From: Raja brachyura
Lineage: Eukaryota
Reading direction: 5' to 3'
NCBI GenBank assembly: GCA_963514005.1
Contig: OY740787.1
Span: forward strand, 38,254,001 to 38,318,000
Length of the DNA stretch: 64,000 bases
Position numbers and translations under genes: made by a program. Shown one piece after another: positions 61,030 to 64,000 of this stretch. Numbering within the stretch: the first letter of the stretch is position 1; each line of letters opens with the position of its first letter. The notes beneath the pieces are model-generated. The model was not told the origin of the DNA and made no database searches. It saw only the letters and a list, made by a program, of their open reading frames with translations.

Positions 61030-61460
61030 AAAGGCTACAGGTGAGAAGGAGACAAAAGGGTGTCAGATAAGAAAAAGAGGTGGAGTGACATGCAATGCCA
61101 TAGGGGGGAATGTGGGCTGGAATGGGACAGTGGGGAGGGGAATAAAAGGGTGGCAAAGGGGACTGGGATCGGCGATGAGCATTTAAAGGATATGAAAGAA
61201 ACAGCATGAATGGGTTGGTGAGAAATGGTGGGAGAAATATGTGTGCCTGGGTATTGGTGCGGGGGGGGGTGGAGTATGGTGTATTATTTGGAATTGGTCA
61301 ATTCATACTGTCGCTACCCTAAGCTAACCCAAGTATACTACGCCACCCAAGTGAAACAGAAATTACTGTTCTTTCAATTTGTGTGTGGCCTCACTCTAAA
61401 ATCTTAACATGTCACAGATGCTGCCTGACCCGCAGAGTATTTCAGCATTTACTATTTTCT
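61030..61460. mobile_element. Degenerate Penelope 3' remnants
   Basis: 61280-61400 resembles 35100-35200 (GIY-YIG ORF end); 61416-61460 is a pLTR-arm piece. Confidence 0.5.
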
Positions 61461-61573
61461 TTCTGTATATCATGCTGTCTCAGTTTTTCTTATTCTACCT
61501 GCATAGTCTGACCTGTTGGGCAGGTCCCACAACCTTGCCGTTAACAACTCATTACACAGATCAACAACCTTAA

Positions 61574-61675
61574 TGTGTTAAAGAAGGAACTGCAGATGCT
61601 GGAGAATCGAGGGTTACACAAAAAGCTGGAGAAACTCAACGGGTGCAGCAGCATCTAAGGAGCGAAGGAGATAGA
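61574..61675 (-). mobile_element. Single-arm copy of the 57511 Penelope-derived element
   Basis: Nearly identical to 57515-57610; truncated before the hammerhead core. Confidence 0.85.
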
Positions 61676-62199
61676 TGTAACTGGCCCAATTAGGCCATTT
61701 TGTTTCACCTTAACAAAGACATTCGCTGTGTTCAACACGTCCCTCCCCAATCTTCTCTCTGACTTGTATTTCTCTCTCCCCCCTGCTCTGATGAAAGGTC
61801 ACAGACCCAACACTTTGACTTATTTTCTTTCCACAGTCGCTGCCTGATCTGTTGAGTGTTTCCAGCATTTTCTGTTATTTCAGGGAAAATTCCATACGTC
61901 CTTGAGCACTGCCACATGGGATCATTAACAACCCACAAAAAGATCCTGCAACAGGAAACAGGAATGGCCTCAATGCTTGAATTAATCAGCCACCACCCTG
62001 TCTCCAGCAACAGCTTTTATTTATAGCATTTAGCAAAATGCTTTGAGAGGCTTCAAAGGAGTGTTATGAAACCAAATTTGGCTCTGGGCCATATAAGTGA
62101 TTACAAAAGATAGCTAGAAACCAAGCTACAGCGTTTTAAATACTTTGAAAGAGAGGAGAAGTAGGGAGGGTTCTGAAGGGAGGACCATGAACTTCAGCC

Positions 62200-62575
62200 G
62201 AGATTGTGTGTACAAAATCATAAAAGGAATAGATCGGGTAGATGCACAGAATCTCTTGCCCAGAGTAGGGGGAATCGAGACCCTGAATGCATAGGTTTAA
62301 AGTGAGGGGGGAAAGATTTAATAGGAACCTGAGGCGTAACCTTTTCACACAAAGGGTGGTGATTATATGGAACGAACTGCCGAAGGAGGTCGTGGGGGCA
62401 GGTACAATTGCAATATTTGAAAAACATTTAGACAAGTACATGGATAGGACAGGTTTGGAGTGATGTGGGCCAAATGCAGGCAGGTGGGACTGGAGTGGTT
62501 GGGATACATTGGCCGGTGTGGGCATGTTGGGCAGAAGGGCCTGTTTGCTTGCTGCAAGATGCTATGACTCTATGA
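62200..62575 (+). mobile_element. CR1 3' fragment
   Basis: gtgtacaaaatcataaaaggaatagatcgggtagatgcac...gggcagaagggcctgttt...ctatgactctatga. Confidence 0.8.
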
Positions 62576-63191
62576 TTGCCAACACAGGAGCAATAACAAT
62601 TATGGTGCACAAGAGGATAGAATTGGAAAAGGAAGATCTCAAAGGTCTGGAGGGGTTAGGATGCAGCTTGAAGAAGGAGATTCTGGAACAGGCTTTGAAG
62701 CCAGTATCTGCAATCTGTGATGGAAAAGCCATTGGACCCGAATGACATTTTCTCCTTGATTGGGGCTGCTCCAGGCCTACTGCAGGGAACAAACAAGATT
62801 GAAATTAAACATTAATGAGCTCCCTAGCCATGTGGAACAAATGCACTAACTTTCTAATGTCCCTTGTGCACTGCAGCTCAGCGCCCCTGACCAGACTGCT
62901 ATATTTCACAAAACAGCTGACTTTCTGTCGACTTTCTCATGGAGTAACTATTTTTAATTCTATTGCTGAACAGGGCCATCAATGGAATGGAAACATCTGA
63001 ACGATTGTGATATTTTGGAAGTTGGCCCTATAAAATGCAAACATTCCTGATGTGAAAGCCAGAGGCTGAACAAATGAATCATCACATTTAACTGTGGTAG
63101 AAACACATCTTCCCCTTTTAACCCACTCAGCACCGAAAGAATGCAGCATTTTAAGGCAGCACAGTGGTCCAAAATCAACCTTTGAACAGAG

Positions 63192-64000
63192 TTTCTTATT
63201 TAAATCTTTTTATTTGAACTTCACAGCAATTTGCATACATACAATGATACCAGACAGTGATAATCAGGACATAATTGTGCAACAGTATGTAAGCGACCCT
63301 CAAAGCCCTTACCCTTATCCCTCCTCAATCCACCCGAATCAGGTCGGAACCAAACGGGGACAAACAACACTCCACATCCACACAAATACGATAAGATAAA
63401 CTAAACAAATGTACAAAAAAAAATGGGGGGGGAGGGTTGAGGGGAGAGCAGCTGCAATAAGACAGAGCAGTGATAGGAGGCACTCAGTCCTATTCCGAGT
63501 CCGTAAACAAGTTGAGAGAGTTAACAAGTTCCAGGAAAGGGTTCCATGAATCTAGGAATGTCTTGGTAGAGCCTTTGAGATAAAACCTAAGTTTTTCAAG
63601 CTTTAAATTGTAGAGCACCTCCTTGATCCAGCGGGCGTGTGTCGGGGGACAGGTAAGCCTCCAGTTAAGCAAGATCAGTCTCCGGGCTAACAAGGTTGTA
63701 ATAGCCAGGACCCGCTTCAACGCAACAGAGAGGTTGGTGTTGGGAGGAGTACCAAAAATAGCTGACAGTGGGTTTGAAGGAATAGTCTGGCCATAGGCTC
63801 TGCTTATCACGTCGAAACCACTCCTCCAAAAGGCTGGCAGCTTAGGGCAAGACCAAAACATATGGCTATGGTTGGCAGGGGATTGATTACATCTGTTGCA
63901 GGTGTCCTGCAGCGGGGTATATTCTAGAAAATCTTGCATTTGTGTAGTGGACTTTGTGAAGGGCTTTGCATTGGATTAGGCCATGACGGGCACATATGGA
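63192..64000 (-). mobile_element. L1-clade LINE 3' end (runs off the window)
   Basis: ORF 63490-63939 has CNRCNQSPANHSHMFWSC (CCHC), LARRLILLNW and W.PF motifs; AATAAA and A-rich end at ~63192-63214 on the minus strand. Confidence 0.85.

Overview
Eukaryotic, repeat-dense DNA with no recognisable host protein-coding gene; it reads as a large intron or gene desert. The repeat set (HE1-like SINEs, CR1 LINEs with (TTTCTATG)n tails, Deu-type SINE remnants, Penelope, DIRS, Rex1/Babar, Tx1) points to a cartilaginous fish, probably a skate or ray (inference). Main contents: a near-intact full-length CR1 (35546-40498) inserted into a Penelope element; two DIRS1-type tyrosine-recombinase retrotransposons; a 5'-truncated Tx1 with TSD; an L1 3' end; three copies of a ~1.03-kb DNA transposon with 7-bp TSDs; hAT and Harbinger MITEs; Helitron-like elements carrying G-rich minisatellites; and several multi-level nested insertions. 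The best leads are (i) a canonical U_UUA_AAC -1 slippery heptamer directly before the CR1 ORF1 stop, with ORF2 open in the -1 frame and G-runs 7 nt downstream, (ii) a tandem 149-bp monomer 5' UTR on that CR1, (iii) short Penelope-derived fold-back elements with their own TSDs, centred on a minimal hammerhead-ribozyme motif, and (iv) a ~270-bp inverted duplication of apparently non-repeat DNA. Family assignments come from motif recognition by eye, not from database searches; boundaries of degenerate copies are approximate.
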